A DNA stretch of 64,000 bases, taken from contig NC_042998.1 in NCBI RefSeq assembly GCF_006345805.1, positions 51,770,001 through 51,834,000 of the forward strand. The letters are read 5' to 3'. The stretch comes from Octopus sinensis (Eukaryota). The notes under the pieces were generated by a model. The model worked only from the letters and a program-made list of their open reading frames with translations. It was not told where the DNA came from and ran no database searches. Made by a program: the position numbers and the translations under genes. Below are positions 63,471 through 64,000 of this stretch, one piece after another (the first letter of the stretch is position 1; each line of letters opens with the position of its first letter).

Positions 63471-64000
63471 AAGAATAAGAAATGAGGATGGTAGAAACAT
63501 CTGGCCCACAGTCATGCTATGCTGGAAGGGGCTGAAATACCCATAGAGTTGCTTTTCCACTATGTTGCCAGAAAATTGTCAGGGGCTTCTAAAAAAAGCA
63601 AGCCATTACATCTTGTTGAAGAGAAAGAGAGGATAAGTGGTGCAGTGAGAACAAGCACTGAGGATGGTAGAAACATCTGGCCTACTGTCATGATGCTGTG
63701 CAGGAGTTTAAGCTGCTAAAAAAAGCAAGCCATTATATATGGTTCAAAGGGAGGACAAGTGATGCAACAAGAATAAGCAATGAGGATGGTAGAAGCATCT
63801 GGCCCACAGTCATGCTGTTGTGTCAGAGTTTTGTTGTCTACATCAGTGAGTGCCTCTGAACGGCTCTAATGTTTTGCTGGAAGGGGCTGAAACACCTATA
63901 GAGTTGCTTTTTCACTGTATTGCCAGAAAATTGTCCGGGGTTTCTAAAAAAAAGGAAGCCATTACATCTTGTTCAAGAGAAAGAGAGGATAAGTGGTGCA
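63391..64000 (+). repeat. Alternating A/B tandem array derived from the RLE element's 3' end
   Basis: Units begin near 63391, 63563, 63711 and 63918; units 1 and 3 share ccattatatatggttcaa, units 2 and 4 share ccattacatcttgtt. Confidence 0.85.

Noticed and set aside
63520-63570. GAAA...CT(A/G)T motif as a permuted hammerhead in the RLE 3' UTR
   Set aside because: No intact CTGANGA in any repeat unit.

Overview
AT-rich, microsatellite-dense eukaryotic DNA, almost certainly animal. The SINE families and (TA)n/(CA)n/(TATC)n load suggest a cephalopod, probably Octopus; this is my inference from memory, not a database result. No intact protein-coding gene is recognisable, and most listed ORFs are microsatellite or repeat artefacts. 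The window is a nested transposon graveyard: at least four tRNA-derived SINE families; RTE LINE 3' ends with (GAT)n tails; L1/Tx1-like and HERO/RLE-like LINE 3' ends; Penelope-like element (PLE) RT and GIY-YIG fragments; DD37D (maT) transposase relics; hAT-Charlie, piggyBac-type and GG-terminated 8-9 bp TSD MITEs; non-autonomous Helitrons with a helicase relic; a 5S rRNA pseudogene; and one 100-N gap. Most notable: (1) several PLE-type hammerhead ribozyme motifs, some in ~200-nt units embedded in (TA)n, one pair in a 468-bp tandem duplication; (2) two Tx1-like LINE ends each inserted in a (TATC)n tract, whose 3' tail is shared with an abundant SINE; (3) an 820-bp fold-back element carrying telomere-like repeats; (4) a CpG-rich to CpG-depleted transition near 10 kb. 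All coordinates and translations were read by eye; boundaries may be off by a few bases.
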